Source: the human T2T-CHM13v2.0 reference genome, Homo sapiens. Taken from it: 64,000 nucleotides of DNA. The notes under the pieces are model-generated. The model was not told the DNA's origin. It worked only from the letters and a program-made list of their open reading frames with translations, and searched no databases. The number at the start of each line of letters is the position of its first letter. The stretch's first letter is position 1. A program made the position numbers and the translations under genes. The stretch lies in NCBI RefSeq assembly GCF_009914755.1, contig NC_060937.1; one strand, given 5' to 3'. Positions 41,891-61,511 of the stretch are shown one piece after another.

Positions 41891-43769
41891 TTTACTTTTA
41901 GAATTTTTAGCAATGTCCCCTTTATTCACTCCTGAAACTGTTTGTACTTCTTGTTTTCTTGAACAAATATTACAATGTATCAATTTTACTAGCTTTTCCC
42001 AAAAACAGCCTTTGTCTTTGTTAATGCTTTTGCCATATATGTGTTTTAGATTTCATTAGTTTATTGTCTTAGTTCATTTTATTTTGTGTAGTTTATTTGA
42101 GTTTACTATTATTTTATTACTTTTTAAAATGGAAATTTGGAATATTTCAATCTGTTTTCCTATCTATTATATCCATTTAAGCTACAAATTTAACTGTAAG
42201 TACAGAGTTAATGTTTTACTATATGCGTGTTTTAATATATGATATTCTTATAATTTATTTTAAATAATTTTGAGATTTTTATTTTTATTGAATCACAGGT
42301 TATTCCGAAATTTATTAATTTATTTTAAAACGGAGAGTTTCCAGTGTATATGTATTTTTTATTTTCTTATAATTTAACTCTGTGAAAAGAAAATACTTTG
42401 CATGATTTTCAGCCTGTGAAAATTGTTTTGATTTTATTTTGTTTCAGTTTATGGTTAATTGTGGTAAAGGTTTATTATGCATTCCTTTACAAATATAACT
42501 TGGATTAAGTTTCCTAATTTGTATGCATCAAATTTTTAATATTTTTTTATATTTTAAAATCTGATTATATATTTGTCTATTTCTTTTTCTATGTCAATTT
42601 TTGTTTTACACATTTTAAAAATTATTTTGTGATTAATCTATTTTATGTTCATCTGTTTAGAATTGCTATTTCTTCCTGTTATAATCATCTTTTTTAAATT
42701 ATCCCTCTATTACTAATAATAATTTCTGATTATAATAGATATGATAACACCCTACTTTCTCTTATATTGAGATAGCTGCACCTGCTTTATTTTATATGCT
42801 AGATTGGTCATTTCATTTTATAATATTTATTTTCGCCTATTATTTTTAAAATCTAAAGTTTGTCTTTTGTTTTTGTGTATATGTGTTTTCTGTTATTATT
42901 TTAGGATTTCTTATTTTGTTCAATGTAAAAATTATTTTAATTGGAAAATTGAGTTTTTACCTTTTATAATCCTTACTTATTTTTCAATAACTTGATTATA
43001 ATTTATGTAAGATGAATACAAAAATATAATATGTTAAGTTAGATATATTTTAGCTGATACATACATTTGGAATCCTGGCCACAATCAAGGTAGTGGAAAT
43101 TTTCATTACCTGTAGGTTTACTCAGATCCCTCTGACTTGTCATAGGATAAATGTAAGAGCTTTATAAGCAACTATCAATCTCACAGAATGGTATGCCATA
43201 AAATACCAAAACTACCAGTATGGAAAAGATATGCACCAATAACTTATGGGGTTCTGATTTCTCCAAAACCTTACCCATACCTTGTAATATTAGGCTATTT
43301 GATTTTACTTCTTCTGATAGATATGCAGTGAAAACTCTTAGTTGCTTTAAGTCTGATTTCTGTGTTGACTCATGTCCGTAAGTAATTTTCCATGTGATTA
43401 TGTGGCATTCTTATTCCTTTTCTGGTGGAGTCCTTATCAAAATGTTTTGCACTTTTGCATACATATATGTAGGTAAATAATATACAAAATTATCTCTTAC
43501 TTTGTGGTTTGCGTTTTTATTAACGTACTGGGCTTTCTCAGATTACAAAACAGGTTTTAAACACCTGGTTTGTTATTTTTTCTTTTGTCTCTCAAACTTC
43601 TGTTCTCTTATATAAAAAGTATTTGCTTATTCCAAAGTTACGGATTTTTAAAATGTTTTCTTCTGGAGATTTTACAGTGGAACACTTACAGTTAGATACA
43701 AAACCATTTTTGAGTTTTTAAAAATTTCTAATATGAGAATTAATGGGTCTTGTTTTGTTTTGTTACATA

Positions 43770-44470
43770 CTTTCTTTTTTAAACCTTTATTTTACATTTG
43801 AGGGTACATGTGAAGATTTATTACGTAGGTAAATATGCATCAAGTTTGTTTGTTTGTTGTACGTATTATTTTATCACCTAGGTATTAAGCCAAGTACGCA
43901 ATAGTTATCTTTTTTGCGCCTCTGCCTCCTTCTATCCTCCACTTTCAAGTAGACCCCAGTGTCTGTTCTTTCCTTTGTGGGTTCTTAAGTTCTTATCATT
44001 TAACTTCCACTTACAGGTGAGAACATGTGGTATTTGGTTTTCTGTTTCTGCATTAGTTTGCTAAAGATAATAAAGATAATAGCCTCCAGCTTCATCCATG
44101 TTCCTGCAAAAGACATGATCTCATTCTTTTCATTGCTGCATAGTATTCCATTGTGTATGTGTGGAAATTTTTCTTTATCCAGTCTGTGATTAATGGGTAT
44201 TTAGGTTGATTCCATCTATTTGCTATTGTGAATAGTTCTACAATGAACATTCACATGCATGTGTCTTTAGAGTAGAATGATTTATATTCCTCTGAGTATA
44301 TACCCAGTAATGAGATTGCTAGGTCAAATGGTAGTTCTGCTTTTAGCTTTTTTTGAAGAGTCACCATACTGTTTTCCACAATGGTGGAACTAATTTACAC
44401 TCCCACCAACAATGTATAAGTGTTCCCTTTTCTGCATAACCTTGCCAGCATCTGTTATTTTTTGACTTTC
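43770..44470 (-). mobile_element. L1PA15/16-like 3' end
   Basis: gggtacatgtgaagatttattacgtaggtaaa...caagtagaccccagtgtctg...ccttgccagcatctgttatt. Confidence 0.88.
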
Positions 44471-44744
44471 ATATTTTAAAAGATTGGTCTTTCCCCATCT
44501 GATTGTCTTTTCTAAAAATCATTTGTGTCCATTTTAAATTCTTTATTTTGTCCTATTGACCTCTATATCCGTGATTATGCTATCACCCCACTACTTGATT
44601 GCAATAGTTTTAGGATAGTCAGGAATAGTAAGTCCTTCTGTGTTTAGTATTTTTTAATATTTAAAAAATCTGTTGGATATTCAAGAACACTTTCATTTGC
44701 ATATAATTGAAGCTAGTCAATTTTATTTTTTAAAATAAAGCCTT

Positions 44745-45087
44745 TACAAATAGCATTGGAAATCCTAGCCCAAACAATTAGTCAAGAGAAAGAAATAAAA
44801 GCCATCCAAATTTTAAAGAAATAAGTAAATTTTTCTCAGCTCACAAATGACAATATGGAGAAAACTCTATAGATTCAAGAAAACTGCTAGAATTTATAAA
44901 TTAATAAATTATAAATTAATTCAATTTCCATATCCCCACTGGTAAGATGCAAAATCTACACACAAAAATCTATATGTTTCTATACACTAACGTTAATTAT
45001 CTTAAAAAGAATTTAAGAAAATAATTTCATTTACAATAGCTACAAAAATGTTTTCAAAACTTAAGAATAAAATTAACTCAGGAGGTA
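44745..45087 (+). mobile_element. Sense L1 ORF2 (RT region) internal fragment
   Basis: ttggaaatcctagcccaaacaattagtcaagagaaagaaataaaagccatccaaat. Confidence 0.75.
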
Positions 45088-45394
45088 GGTTTCTATCACA
45101 ATTTTTTCATTTCACTTAGATTTTCAAGTTAATTACCACAAAATGGTTTATAATATTGTTCATTGTTGTTTCCTCTCAGTTTTATGTGCAATTAAATTCA
45201 CCTATTTTAATGTATAATTAGATGACTTAGGGAATTTTATTCAATGATTTAATCTACTGCATAATCCAGACATGGAAAATTTCCATCCATTTGAAAAGTT
45301 CCCTGTACCCCTTTGTAATCAATCTACTCCTCTAAGTTCTAGCTCTGGGCTGCCAATTTTTTGGTGATTTCCTGTCATTAAGATTTGGGCTTTT

Positions 45395-45540
45395 GACCAG
45401 GTGCAGTGCAGTGGCTCATGCCTGTAATTCTAGCATTTTCGGAGGCCAAGGCAGCGGGAAGACTTAAGGTCAGGAGTTCGAGACAAGCCTGGCCAACATG
45501 GTGAAATCCCGTCTGTACTAAACAAAAAAAAAATAGCCAG
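45395..45540 (+). mobile_element. AluS left arm plus linker only, 3'-truncated
   Basis: gaccaggtgcagtg...ggtcaggagttcgagacaagcctggccaacatggtgaaa...aaaatagccag. Confidence 0.9.
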
Positions 45541-48500
45541 AAAAAGATTTGCATTTTCTTGAAATTTGTATAAATGGAATCATACAGAATACAGTATATT
45601 GAGTTTGACATTTTTTCCTAAACTTAACACTTTTAAGAATCATTGATTTTATGTTCATTTGAATCTCTTTATTGCTGAAGAGTATTCCAATGTATGGACA
45701 TACCATGATTTTTTTCTAATTCATAATTTATAACAATTGTGATGTGTCTATTTCCCATTAGTATGACTAATGCTGGTATAAACATTTGCATACATTTGTG
45801 TGTGTGTGTATGTGTCTGTATAAACATGTTTTATTTCTTTTGGGAAAGTATTTATGTGTGGATTCATAATTTGGTAAATACATGCCTACCTTTATAATAC
45901 ATTTGCAAACTGTTTTCCAAAGTGGATGTGCCATTTTGCATTCTCACCCTTTTCCATCTATGACAATCTAAATTGTGTTACAGTCTTACAAAGACTTAAT
46001 ATTAATATACTTTATTTTTTATTGTAACCTCCATGGTGTGTGTATAACTTTTTCCTCTTTGTGATTATAGCTTGCAATTACCTGGTGAACAATATTATTG
46101 CTCATCTTTGTATGCATTCAATTTACATCTATGTAACTTCTTTTGTATATTTTTATCATATACAATTTTTTGTGCCGTTTTGTGTTTCAGATATCACAGA
46201 ATAATTCAATATTCCAAAGCCTTTGTTATTTTTTTTCCAGCAGTTTTGTAATTTTAGTTCTTATATTCAGGTCTATGTTCCATTTTGAGTTCAATTTTGT
46301 ATATTGTGTGAAGTAAAGATGATTTATTTTTTGTATGGATAGCCAGTTTGTCTAGAATCATTTATGGAAGAGATGATTTATCTCCATGTATTTACCTTGA
46401 CATTTTTGTTTAACATCACATGACCATGCAAGTGTAGGTGTATTTTAGATGTGTTATTGTGATCATTGACTTTTAAGTCTACACTTAGGCCAATACTGTC
46501 TTAGCTATAACATTGCTTTATAGTAAGTATTGAAATCTTGAATTGCAAATTCTCTAACCTCTACCTCTTCATTTACTTTGGTCCTTAAATATCCATAATA
46601 AAATTTCATACATTTTGATGTTGTTTCTGCACATTTTTAATTAAATTAATAAATGTATTTCTTTTTGTCACGTTGCTGCAAATGGAGATTTTTCATTTGC
46701 TTTGTCTTTCAACATTATGACCCATTTCTTATCAGATTTGTAGGTAAATCTCTTCTTTCACTCTTGGTATTATTAACAAATGTATCTTTTAAAAAATAAC
46801 TATTATTTATTCTTTTTCCCCTTTTTTCAAAACACAGATTTTGTTTTACTGATTTTTTTTTTCTATTCTGTATCTGTTTCATTTATCAATATCTACATTT
46901 CTTTTTGTGATCGATTTGTTCTTTATTTTCTGGCTTCCTTTTCTTCAGAAATAGGTTACTGATTTTTAAACTTTTATCCTATTATAACAAATAATAAATT
47001 TAAACTTTTATTATAACAAATTATAAATTTAAGGCTATAAATTTTCATCTAATCATTATTTGAATAGCCTTTCACAAGTTGATATGAGTTGTTTTCTTTA
47101 TGATTTGTTCAATTAATTTTTTGCTGATTTTAAAAAACCTATTATTTATAATATATGTAGGTCATTCTCTGCATGTGTTATTTTTGTTTACTTTGAGATT
47201 AATTGTTGTGGTCAGAGTTTTCTACAGCGTTAAATGGTCTTTAATCTATTGAAACATGTTTCATGACTGGCATGTATTGCATATTAGTGGTAGTGCCATG
47301 TGTATAGGAAACAAATGTAAACTTGTGAAGTCTCCAGTTGTTGGATGAGGCATTACAAAAAATGTCAATTAAATAATGTGATTGATAGTATCATTCAGAT
47401 TTTCCATATTCCCACTGAAATTTTTGTTAAGTTGCTGTTGACAACAGTTATTGAGATGGAAACATTAATGCTACTAACTCTAATTTAGACTTTATATCTC
47501 CTTTGTAATGCTGTCAATTTTTGCTCATATATTTTAAATCTCTGCTAGTGGACACAACCACATACAAATGTTATATCTTCCTAATATATTGGCTGCTTAT
47601 TACTATCAAGTGTTTCTCTTTATTTTAAATGTCCATTTTTGTTTGCTTGTTTATTTTTTGTCTGATAGTATTATAGCCAACTTTGCTTGCTTATGTTCCC
47701 TGTTGCATGGTTTACCTTTCACAACCTATTATTTCTATCTATCGTGTCATCATATTTTAAGAATATTTCTTATAAGCATGATAGAGTTGGGTCTTCATTT
47801 TCTTAGAGGGTCTAACAATTTCTGCCCTTTGAGACAGGGGTTAATCTATTTAATTTAAATATTTATTGATATCTAGTCTTGGTTCCTCAGCTTCTCCTTT
47901 ACTGCCTACATTTATTACTGCTAATAATATTTTCATATTCATATTCAATTTTACTTTATTTATTAGAATGTATAACTATATAATGTTATATCTGCTTTAG
48001 TGGTTATCCTGGAGATTACAGAATACATTGATAATTTATTACAATCCACTTAGAATTAGTATTTAATTAGTTTATGTAATATATAGAAAACTTGCAAGCA
48101 TGCATTTCCTTTTTCCTCTCTATAGTACTACTTTATCACATATTTTTACATGCACTATAAATTTCCAATTTTATTTCAAATAAGCCTAAAAGTTTTAAAG
48201 AAATGTATAAAACAAAAGTATGTACATAGCCCGTTATATGTAGCTACAGTGCACAATAGCCTGTGTTTTTTATTCAGTCATATAGATTGATTTGTGAACT
48301 GGTGTAATCTCCTTTCAGCCTCAAAATTTTACTGTAAAATATATTGTAGTGTAGGTATACTGGTGGTAATTTATTTTGTCTTTCTTTACTTACTTATCAT
48401 GTCTTCAAGATATCAAAGTGGGGCAGGGCCAAGATGGCCGACTAGAATCAGTGGCATTCGGAGGCTCCCATTGAAAAAAACCATAAGAAGTGTGTGAATC

Positions 48501-49744
48501 CTTCACCAGCAACTGAGGTATCCAGATTCTCTCATCAAAATTGACTAGAAAACTGGCATGACCCATGGAGAGAAAAAAGAACAGTGTGGTACAGCAGCCC
48601 ACCTGAGAGCCACAAGCGGCAGGGGAACCCCCTCTCCCCAGGCAAGGGAGGCAGTGAGTGAGCATACTACCCAGCCAGGGAAGCTGCTTTTTCCACAGAA
48701 CTATGCAACCCACGGATCAGAAGATCCTACTTGTGAACCCAAGGCACTGGGGCCTAGAATCCCAACCCTGGAATGTTCAAATTCTTACAGCCTCTCAGCT
48801 GGAATCAGATTAAGCCTACTGAACTCCCCCAGGGAGTGGTAACCAGGACTGGCTGCAGCTGCCTGCTAAGCTGTTTGAGCTCCTTGGGTAGGGGCAGCAG
48901 CCAGCACTGGGACTGGCAACTGCCTAATATGCTAAGCTCCCTGGGCGAGGTAAGGACGGCACCCATCTCTATAGCTCCAGCCTGCGTTTTTCTCTGCTGG
49001 AGCCAGGGAAGCTGGACGTCTTGGTCCCAAGACTTGTCCCCACAGCCCAACACACCAACTGTGGCAGTCTGTGGCCAGAGTAACTCTTCAGGCCTAAGCC
49101 TGACCAATCCCTCCTTATTGGGCAGGACTTCCCTTCAGGTACTCCAACAACTCCAGCCAGAGGTTCAGGGACATAATCCAGTTCTCCCTGGGCCTGAGCC
49201 CCTAGGTGGCGGGGTGGCCACAGTCTGTGGACCAATAGACTTAACCTCTCCTCCTGGTAGTTCTGAGGAATCCAGACAGCTCAGATGAGTGGGATTCCCC
49301 CCAGGGAAGCACATCAGCTCCACCAAGGGACAAAGTGCTCTGTTAAACGGGTCCTGCTCCTTGTGCCTCCCAACTGGGTGAGAACTTCCAAAAGGGGTTT
49401 TCAGACACCCTATACAGGAGAGAACTGGTATCAAGTTGGTGACCCTCAAGGTCACAGGTCCCAGGAGAAGGAGCAGGCACTCATCTTTGCTGTTCTCCAG
49501 CCTCCTCGAGTGACATCTCCAAGCACAGGAGTGAATCAGATGAATAGGGCCTGAAGTGAACCCCTAGCAAACTGCAGGAGCCCTACAGAAGACAGACCTG
49601 ACTATTGAAAGAAAAAAAACAAAAAACAAAAAACAAATAAGCAGAAAGCAACAGCAACAGCACCATCAACAACAAAAAGCCTCCATAAAAACCCCATTCA
49701 AGGGTCAGCAGCTTCAAAGACTGAAGCTAGACAAACTCATGCAG

Positions 49745-50780
49745 ATGAGAAAGAATCAATGAAAAAATGCTGAAAACTCAAAAGGCCAAAGTGCCTCTTC
49801 TCCTCAAAATGATTGCAACATCTCTATATTAAGGGTGCAAAACTGGATGCCGGTTCAGATGGACAGATTGACAGAAATAGGCTTCAGAAGATAGGTGATA
49901 AAAAAACTACGCTGAGCTAAAGGAGTATGTTCTAACCCAATGCAAAGAAGCTAAGAACCTTGATAAAAGGTTAGAGGAATTGCTAACTAGAATAATCAGT
50001 TTAGAGAGGAACATAACCTGATGGAGCTGAAAAACACAGCACAAGAACTTCATGAGGCATACACAAGGATCAATAGCCAAATAGACCAGGCAGAAGAAGG
50101 GATATCAGTTTGAAGACCACCTTGCTGAAATAAGACATGCAGACAAGAATAGAGAAAAAAGAATGAAAAGGAATGAACAAAGCCCCCAAGAAATATGGGA
50201 TTTCATAAAAAGACCAAAGCTACAATTGATTGGAGTGCCAGAAGGAGATTGAGAGAATGGAAACAAGCTGGAAAACACACTTTAGGGTATTTTCCAGAAG
50301 AACTTCCCCAACCTAGCAAGACAGGCCAACATGCAAATTCAGGAAACACAGAGAATACCACTAAGATACTCCATAAGAAGAAGATCAACCCCAAGACACA
50401 TAATCAACAGATTCTCCAGGATCAAAATGAAGGAAAAACTGTTAAGGGCCACCAAAGAGAAAGGCCAGGTCACCTACAAAGGGAAGCCCATCAGACTAAC
50501 AGCAAACCTCTCAGCAGAAACTCTACAAGCCAGAATAGATTGGGGTCCAATATTCGACATTCTTAAAGAAAAGAATTTTCAACCCAGAATTTCATAACAA
50601 GCAAAACTAAGCCTCATAAGCAAAGGAGAAATAAAATCCTTTCTAGACAAGCAAATGCTGAGGGATTTTTTTTTTACCACCAGGCCTGCCCTGCAAGAGC
50701 TCCTGAAAGAAGCACTAAATACGGAAAGGAAAAACCAGTACCGGCCACTGCAAAAACACACAAAAATATAAACACCAATG
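49745..50780 (+). pseudogene. Disrupted L1 ORF1p
   Basis: ATG AGA AAG AAT CAA TGA gives an early stop; fragment QIQETQRIP...KGKPIRLTANLSAETLQAR...ILKEKNFQPRIS. Confidence 0.9.
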
Positions 50781-50834
50781 ACACCATGAAGAAACTGCAT
50801 CAACTACGGTGCAAAATAACCAAATAGCTTCATG

Positions 50835-54635
<3,801 letters not shown>

Positions 54636-56349
54636 ACATTGGGAACACTTGTACATAGAGAGGGGAATAACACACCAGAGCCTGTTGTGGGGTGAGGGGT
54701 AAGGGGAGGGAACTCAGAGGACAGGTCAATAGGTGCAGCAAACCTCCGTGGCACATGTATGCCTATGTAACAAACTTGAACGTTCTGCACATGTATACTG
54801 TTTGTTTGTTTGTTTTAGGAGAAAATAAAAGTTATGGAGTTGACAATAATAAAATATTTTATTAACTGAAATGAGAAAAGATATCAAAGCAGCTAAAAAA
54901 TGAATTATTTGTATTCCATTTTTTGTTTATTAATTTCTTACATGTATATATTTCCACCTATTTCAATGATTGGTTTGGAAAATATAACATATAATTTTGA
55001 ATATTTAAGTCTAAATAAATTAATGTTATAACCAGTTACCAGAAAATGTAAGGAACTTAAAACATTTTAGTCAACTAACAAATCTTACACCTTTTAACTT
55101 TATATAAACCTTTGTTTTAACCATATAACGCCCACTGGAAAATAAAACTAAGGTGTCAGACTCTTCTATAAGCAAACTAGAATGAAAACTCTAACTGTTT
55201 AATACAAATATATTTATGACAGGGAAGAAACAAAATAAATATATGGAGACAGGGAAAAATGGTCAGTCTCAGAAAGAAACTGGCAAAACTTAGTAGAAGA
55301 GTATTTGTGAGAGAGAAAAAAATACATAAGAAATTATAAGAAAAAATAATATACCTTCTATCTCTAATAAAAATATTTTCATATTGCCTATATTCAGATT
55401 TTTTTGGAAAATGACACAAATGTTATGTTTACAATAAACAGAAATAGATTTTCATAATATGCATAAACAAATGTTTATAAACATGCCTATGTTTATAATT
55501 TTTAGATGGTGACATTTATAATGCTTTTCCTGACAATGCAAAAACAATTAACCAACCAACACAGAATTTATATATAATGTTATATAACTAATTTATTTCT
55601 CAAATTATAGAAGACATAATTGAGAAATTATGATGTGAAAATAGCGAAATAGAAACACACAAGAACCCTACAGTATCTTTACAAGGCATTATGAGAGTCT
55701 ACAAATATCAGTGTACATTTAAGAACCTATCAATCATAAAATATATTTGTAATAATAAAACATCAACACTATATTGTACTTTCCTAATAGTTTGAACTGT
55801 TTCTTTATTGAAGCTTTATTCATTTTGTTACTTACCCCTATAGTAAAGATTGGGAACTATTCTTATTTTTAAAAATCCCAAAACACAAATTACAACTTAG
55901 TACAAAAAGTGTGAGAGTTTCTACTATTACCTTGCATGGGCTAACTTTCAAGGAATCAGTGTCTGCACTATTTTTCATTTAGATGTTCTCTATTATATCA
56001 TAAGAGTTGTATGTCTTGACAATATGATTCACAGAACCTTTTCAGGGAAAATTTTTATTTAGTGTGTGACAAGGATGCTTCTATACAATTAAGAAGGTAG
56101 GACAGAAGTAGAACTCATTACCGTTTCTGAGGAATTGGGGGCAGGCATGGAGATTTTGACAGATGGCTAATGAAGTTTCTGCAGGCACCTTTGGTAGGAG
56201 CTGTCCTTCTGTGCTTCAGCCACATCAGTGCTCAGTACAAATCAGAAATTTGAGAAATGTATCCAATAATTCCTGAGCTTTTCAATTTTGCGAAGTAAGT
56301 AGAGACATTCCCTAACTCTGCTCATGAAGCCTATCCATGATTTTGTACA

Positions 56350-58150
56350 GCTTCTACTTTTAGAAGGAAAAACAACTTTTGGAAAACAAAACTTCTCTTA
56401 ATGCCAAGTAATGCCCACTTCTTTGATCATGACCCACTTCTATGATACTCTTCACTGCTGAATTCCACAAACCGTCTTCTTCTTCTACCAGTTTCCCTCC
56501 AATGTTCTATTACGCAAAGCTCTATTATTTGCCTTTACCTCCAGCAATCTACTGATCTTGTTTTCATTATGGTCAGTAATAACTGCCCTGTTGCTAAATT
56601 CAACGATAATTACTTATTCTTTATGTTACTTGATAGTTGACCTCTCTTTGACACAGTTAATATTTGCTTACACCACTTCATTTACTTGCCTTCCAAGATA
56701 CTATACTTTCTTTTCTCCGACCTCATTAGCTGCTTGTCTTTGATCCCCTTGGATGTTTCATCTGCAATGTTTGGATGTCTATGATGTCTTTCACAATTTA
56801 TTCTGACTGTTCTTATGATCTCATTCTATCTCATGACTTTAAAATTGTCTATGTGCCAAATTTATCTTTCTATTTTAAAAATTTCCCCTTACTTCATATC
56901 GTATACGTAAATATCTACTGGAGATCTCCACTTAAATATCTAACAGCTTAAATTTTAAATGCCCCAAACTGTTCCACATTCAATTTTTTCCCCATTATTT
57001 TTTTGGTAACTCTATGTTCCAAGTTGCTCACCAAGGCCCTTGGAGTCATCTTCAAATCTTCCCTTTAACTCCAATCCTCTGCCAAATATTTAATAAAATA
57101 GTGCCCCTACATATAAAATATGTCTTGAATCTAGCCACTTCATACCCTCTACACAAGAACCATCCTAGTTTTAGCTACTATCTTGCCACAGATGAATTAC
57201 CACAATACATATCTCTCCCTGCTTCTATTATTTTCTTTCATGGTCCATTCTCAACATAATAGCTATCCAAAGTGATTTAAACCATAAGCTAATCATGTTT
57301 GCTTCGTAATCAAGACCCCTATGGCTTTTTCATTTAATGAAAGTAAAAGCAAATGTTCTCATACTACAAAACCCTTTCTCTTCTAATTACATAGCTGACT
57401 TTCTCTTTTACAGCTCTTACTCAATCCCAATCTAATCACAATTTATTCTGTTTTATCCACTTCCAACAATAATTTAAGAAATTGTATCCTTCTGCTTATG
57501 TAATGCCTTTTAGTATTATTCACCACCTTTGAACTGCCAGGACTAATGTTTGGACTAATGTTTGTATTCGGGTCCTCATATGTCTTGACTGGACTATTGG
57601 AAATCTTCTGTTTATTTCAAGATTTCGATTATTTTGCTATTCTAATCGAATTTATATCTTACCAGAATTATCTTCCTAAATTATAAATTTGACCTTGTTA
57701 TTCCAGTTTTCAAAAACCACCAGCTATCCTGCATACATTTAAAAAAGATTGTCAGCATTATGTTACAATTGATTATCTTTAGCTCTATCACATTTGTATG
57801 GTCATTATACCAACCTCTTCATTCATGGGACACACTCTGCCATTCCACACTTCAGACTTTTCCTTTTTATTGCTGTTTCTGGAATCCCTTTTCATCTCTC
57901 GATTTGTATCTATCTCACTTCAGCCTAAATCAATTTACTATGTAACTGATTCTTTAACTAAATCAATTTACTCTGCAACTAATTCTTTAAGAAGTCTTTT
58001 TGAGTTACCTCATACTCCCGAGGTGCATTTATCCATCTCTTGATGGTATTTGTGATGATCTCACTGGAAGGGAGGAACCATGTTGGGTTTTTTAATCATA
58101 ACATTAAATATTACTTGGGGCTATGCTTAGCAAATAATGGCCTATAAATA
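56350..58150 (+). mobile_element. L2 LINE fragments
   Basis: ctgttgctaaattcaa, tttgacacagtt, catgactttaaa, ccttggagtcatctt. Confidence 0.65.
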
Positions 58151-58689
58151 ATGTGTCTTGCTGTCAGGTTCCCCATTAGCAGCATGCTGATAATAATATT
58201 TAGCCTATCTCCCTTGCAACATTGTAACATTTAAATAAGATGCATGTAATACACTTTCTCAACTGTTAAGTATGATAAAAATATGTCAGTGTTATTCACT
58301 GAAAAGTTCTTTTTCTGAACCGAAGGAAAGTTTATTGATATTGTAAGGCTATATCTGAGCCATTAGAGTAGATGTTCTCTTCTATTAGTGTAAAGGTATA
58401 TAATATGCTTTATTTTTAATATAAACCAAGATGTGTGTTTTTTGTATCTTTTTATGACAAAAGTCATTATGAAATGCCCCCTTCCCCTGATGTTGCTACC
58501 TAAAGAGTGCCATACTTTTTAATAAGATATTATGGCAAAAACAATGTAAACTGAACAGTTAACATTGTATGGAAAACAATAGTAGTAAGGACGACAATAT
58601 ACCCAAATTTTAACAACTTTTACTGTTTTCAATGGAGGCATCCCAAGCTAAGCTACTCTTATCATTGAGGTGAAATTATAATAACTTTT

Positions 58690-59480
<791 letters not shown>

Positions 59481-60147
59481 TCCAAGGCAATGAAAGTTTT
59501 GAATTCTACCAAAGATTTAAGGAATAACTAAAAACAATTCTTCTCAAACAACTCTGAAAAATCTGAGAAGAAAGAAAACTTCCAAACTCATTTTACAAGG
59601 CCAGCATTAACCCTGATATTCCAAGCCAGAAAAGGACACTACAAAGAAATAAAATTGGATGCCAATATCACCAATGGACATAGATGCAAAAGGCCTCAAC
59701 AAAATACAAATCAAATTTAATGGCACATTAAAAAGATCATTCACCATATGGTTAAGTGGGATTCTTCCCAGAGATTCAAGGCTGGTTCACATATGCAAAT
59801 CAATAAATGTAATAAATCACATTAACAGGATGAAGGAAAAAATAATATCATTCCAATAGAAATAAAACGTATTTGGCAATATTCAACAACTTTTCATGAT
59901 AAAAGCTCTTAACAAATTAGGTATAGAAAGATTGTACCTCAACATGATAAAAGCCATATATATGACAAACACATAGCTAATATCATACTCAATGAGAAAC
60001 ATTTGAAAGCTTTTTTCTTTAAGATCTGGAACAAGTAACAGATGTCCACTCTAATCACTTCTCTTTAACATAATCCTGGAAGTCCTAGCCAGAGAAATTA
60101 GGCAAGAGACATAAATAAAGGCATCCAAATTGGAAAGGAAGAAGTTA

Positions 60148-60798
<651 letters not shown>

Positions 60799-61511
60799 TT
60801 AATATTGCTAAAATGTCCGTACTGCCAAAAGCAATCCACAAATTCAATGTAATCCTTATCAAAATACCAGGGATATTCTTCATAGGAATAGAAAAACAAT
60901 CCTAAAACTTGTTTAGAACCACAAAAGATCCCAAATAGCCAGGGCAACCTTAAGCATAAAGAAGAAAGGTAGAGGCATTATACTACCTAACTTCAAAATG
61001 TACTACAAGCTCTAATTACCAAAATACCATGGTACTGGCATAAAAACAGTCTCAGAGAACAATGGAACAGAATAGAAAACTCAGAGCTAGATCCATACAT
61101 TTACAGTCAACTAATTTTTGTCAAATTTTCCAAGAATACAAGGTAAAAAAAAGGACAAATCTTCAATATATGGTGTGGGACCACTGAATATCCACATGTA
61201 GAAGATTAAAATTAGATCCTTACATCACTCCATATACAAAAATCAATGCAAAATGAATTAAAGATTAAAATGTAAGACCTTTAACTGTAAAATCACCAAA
61301 GGAAAACATAGGGGAAATTTTCCATGACTTTTGTGTGAGCAATAATTTTTTTGGATATGACCTAAAAAGCAAAGACAACAACAAAAATAGGCAAATGGGA
61401 TTACATCAAATTAAAAATCTTCTGCAAAGCAAAGGAAGCAATGAACAGAATAAAGAGAAAAACCTACAGAATAAGAGAAAATACTTGCCAACTATACACC
61501 TGATACAGAAC

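Larger units (their letters stand above)
41900..48405 (-). mobile_element. Mosaic of ancient antisense L1M (MC/MD/ME) fragments hosting younger insertions
   Basis: T-rich strand with recurrent reverse L1 motifs (aaatggaatcataca, gcaaactgttttccaaagtgg, tttaaggctataaatttt); internal boundaries not resolvable by eye. Confidence 0.55.

Noticed and set aside
48405-49554. ORFs of 88-171 aa in the L1 5' UTR, possible ORF0 analogue
   Set aside because: Expected in a GC-rich UTR; I could not match them to the ORF0 peptide of younger L1PA elements
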